64,000 nucleotides of DNA. Origin: Epiperipatus broadwayi (taxonomy: Eukaryota; Animalia; Onychophora). Each line of letters opens with the position of its first letter. Position 1 is the stretch's first letter. Made by a program: the position numbers and the translations under genes. Location: NCBI GenBank assembly GCA_028023455.1, contig JAQFVV010000010.1, forward strand, positions 15,376,001-15,440,000, read 5' to 3'. Positions 60,681-64,000 of this stretch are shown one piece after another. The notes under the pieces are model-generated. The model was not told the DNA's origin and made no database searches. It worked only from the letters and a program-made list of their open reading frames with translations.

Positions 60681-63600
60681 ATCTGCAAATTGTTTTAAAA
60701 TATTATCAGAATTTGATGATGGTGTAAACTTGAATGAATTTCAATTCATTTTTGACTGAGATCAACTATTGTACCAGCCAAAATCGTGTGTTCATTCAAC
60801 AAGACCTAGAATCCAAGCAAACGTATATCCATCTAATATGTGCAAGATACATAAGTCAGGAACAATACCAAATATCAACCTATTTACTAGTGTTCCAGGA
60901 TCTATGACTACATGAATAACGCTTTTGATGATACTGACGAGTTTCATTCCCACTCCGTCCCGGCTAGAGTTTTGGGTCCACACACGACTTAATACAACAG
61001 ATTTACATTTCATTAATAAATACCTATCTAAATTTATTACAATTACAGAATGGTATGGAGTGTACCTGACATGATTGATTTGAACTGCAATAAGTGTACC
61101 TGACATGATTGATTTGAACTGCAATAATAATAATTTCATGGCAACATGACAAAAGGAATGAGTTTACACCTATAAAATCTTATAATTAATAAAAGGGATT
61201 TATGTTAGAGATTCGGAATAATGACAAACCGAGATTTCAAAATACTAATATAATATATATTTATTATACATATAAGTGTCATCATACAAAATATATCAAT
61301 GCTTGCCTACACAACTTGGTTATAAATATTGGACTCACAATTACATAATTTAAAATTCATTAAGTAAATCAGATAACATTGTAATTAATCAATACTACTG
61401 CATTTCAATTTAGCAAGCAATTGCGATCTATTTAAGACACAGATTAGGTTTTGATACAGCCAAACATAAAATACATTTGTTTACTAAATATAAACAATTG
61501 GTTAAGCGGTCTGCCAAGTATAAATCAGTAATAATCCATCATTGTAGCCCTCAATAAACTTATAAATTGAAGAAAATAAATCTATTGTCTTCCTCTATAA
61601 ATATATAGACAACTGACATGAATGAGTTGCGTTAGACCATTATTACATTTAAATAGGCTGTAAGTTATGAATGTGGGAAAACAAAGTTTATCTTACGTAA
61701 ATAACAATTCTATATGATATGTGATTAATTAATTAGATGGATTGACTAATGAGAGACATGCCATCACAGTAGAGAGAGCATTTCAGGTTCATAAATAGAG
61801 AATAAATAAGGAATGCTAAAGGTGGTAAGATGTTATGGCTACAAAAAAAGAACACATAAGATCATTTATGATCCTTGAAGAGGCTTTGCTAGGAGAAGTC
61901 AATGAATGAGAGGACATGCTGGCCTGCCGACCAAAACATATCTCTGCACAACAATAAAAGTTGATGTGCTTAGATGGTTTATCCATGTGTACCAATGTAC
62001 ATTTTAATGGCAGTATTTGGAAAAGGGAATCCCTAATAGGAAATACATCTACTTTTATGGGAGACTAACATTATTGGATTAGTCATATTTAAATTTCCGC
62101 AGATCCTGAGAGTTAAGTAGCAAAGCATGACCAATAATAATGACAGTGGATAATTGACAATTGTAACCATAAATTGTGCAAACAAATGTGAATTCAATTC
62201 TGATTTAAATAGTTAGCTCTCTAGTGTAATGGAATGTCCACAAAACCCTTGAGCAATCTATAAAATTTAAGAAAGTATAATATAAAAGAAACAATGAGAA
62301 TTAAAACCAAATTTAAAGGAGTAAATTGTTTTCCCACATATTCAAATTTTAAAATCTCTTATGACTTAAACTTTATAGACAAACGATGTTTATATAACAA
62401 AACATTAAAATAAATTATACATATAAAAAACACAAATTCAATTCTGATGAGAGTTTACAAATCCTGCATGATAATTAATATGTAGGCGGCGCTAAACGTA
62501 AATGAGACATACAATGTAAATACTGATAAAAAATAATTTTAAAATCTCTATAATAGATTTTACCTAAAGAGCTAAGTTTGGTTTAGGAAAATGTGATGGA
62601 TTTTACTTAAATAATTTAATAAATTACATTTTCTTTTAAGTAATGATTACTGGTAAAGATTAATTAAAATTTTAAGACTATTCCTATCATTTAAATCATT
62701 TACAAAATAACAAACATACAAAACTAAATGAGCTTCATCTATTAAGTACTTAATGGAAAATCTACATCTCCTGCAATAATTTTGACTGGAGAAAATAATA
62801 AACTAGGGTTGTAATATGCTCTTTGAATTTTGTACCCAGCTTAATCTAAGTCAACATTAAAATAAATAAATTGCTGTATCAAAATAATATGGAGTTCTAT
62901 TAAGATTAAAACAGTTAGATTTTATAAAAATAAAGTTAATGACGTATTTAAAAAAACTGTATAGACATTACATATAAATATTTTAGAGTGAATAAATGGG
63001 TATAAACTAATCATAGATTAATATTAATTTAAAACCAATATTGTTAAAAGATCAGAGGCTTGTGGCAACGGGGTTACCTCAAAACATAGCTTGAGACAGG
63101 TTTATGAAGGCAGGCTTTCTTGATTTATTCAGCATCACGGGCTAGATATTGGCAGCAATGGAATGGCATCGAGCAGGTGGAGACAAAGCACAAAAAGTGA
63201 ATAGCCTTCTACTTTATCCTGACCTTATTTAGGTGAAACTTAAGCTGACTTGAAGTAGGGTCACTCTGAGAAAAATCTAATTGATCATGATAGCCAAAAT
63301 TTAGCTATTTATATGATTCAGCCTTATCTATCAGGATCCAATGTGCATGATGTTTTCTGATGACATTTTCTGTGGTCAGCATCAGCGTGGGCGAGAAATC
63401 TACAATCCTGCATTAAGGGTTCATTTGCTAATTTAAAAAAACAATAACACAAATCTGATTTTCATCTCAATTAAATTTCACAAGCCATCGTATTAAACAA
63501 AGCCTATTGAATTTGAGATTTGTAATGAAAATTAAATAAAATTAAAAAAAAGAACTTTACTCACAAAAATTTGAGGAATTTGTTATATTCTATAAATAAG

Positions 63601-64000
63601 AAATTTTATAATCCGATGGCTTGTAACACTTATATTTAATAAAATAATAAATTTATAAAGTATGACAAAATTACAAAGTCTGCCTTATAAATACTGAATT
63701 TACTGTTTTTACATATTATTTGGGTATATTTATTAAAACAAAATATAAAATGTTATAACCTGACTAAGTAGAAAACGACTTTAACGAAAAAATCTTAAAA
63801 CATTTGTCACATTTTATACACATCTGATATTATGTTTACACTTATTGCCCATTTATTTTATAAATAATTAGTACTAATAACACAAATAGTCAAATGTTAT
63901 AGCTTAGAAGTACCGATTATAAATATTGATGATAAATTATACATATACTACCGCCTCAAGCAAGATGGGTGTTAGTTAATATATAAGACTGGGTTCAAAC

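Noticed and set aside
61780-62200. Possible LINE ORF1 zinc-knuckle relic (VVRCYG...)
   Set aside because: Only a partial motif, too degenerate to support.

Overview
Very AT-rich eukaryotic genomic DNA (roughly 25-30% GC by eye), probably an invertebrate/arthropod. No intact host gene is recognisable. The window is a patchwork of decayed transposable elements: three to four RTE-clade LINE relics, one Ty3/Gypsy LTR element (about 14.3/15.1-25.9 kb) with a piggyBac-like element in its 3' LTR, two Penelope-like element (PLE) loci, hAT and other TIR elements, and tRNA-derived SINEs. The most notable signal is a dense population of minimal type I hammerhead ribozyme (HHR) motifs (CUGANGA...GAAA with a palindromic stem III) in at least three clear families and two decayed ones. 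Family B is a non-coding ~435-460 nt unit inserted at five loci, each with a target-site duplication. It occurs as tandem arrays, has a near-fixed 3' boundary ~170 nt past the cleavage site, and four of the five loci end in a fold-back (5'-to-5' inverted) arm. One locus carries two intact HHRs 87 nt apart, a candidate 87-nt self-excising circRNA. Family A forms ~420-480 bp palindromes with outward-facing HHR-like cores. Family C is a single canonical HHR. Together they look like a PLE-mobilised retrozyme/fold-back system. Ribozyme activity, expression and novelty are inferred from sequence only and untested.
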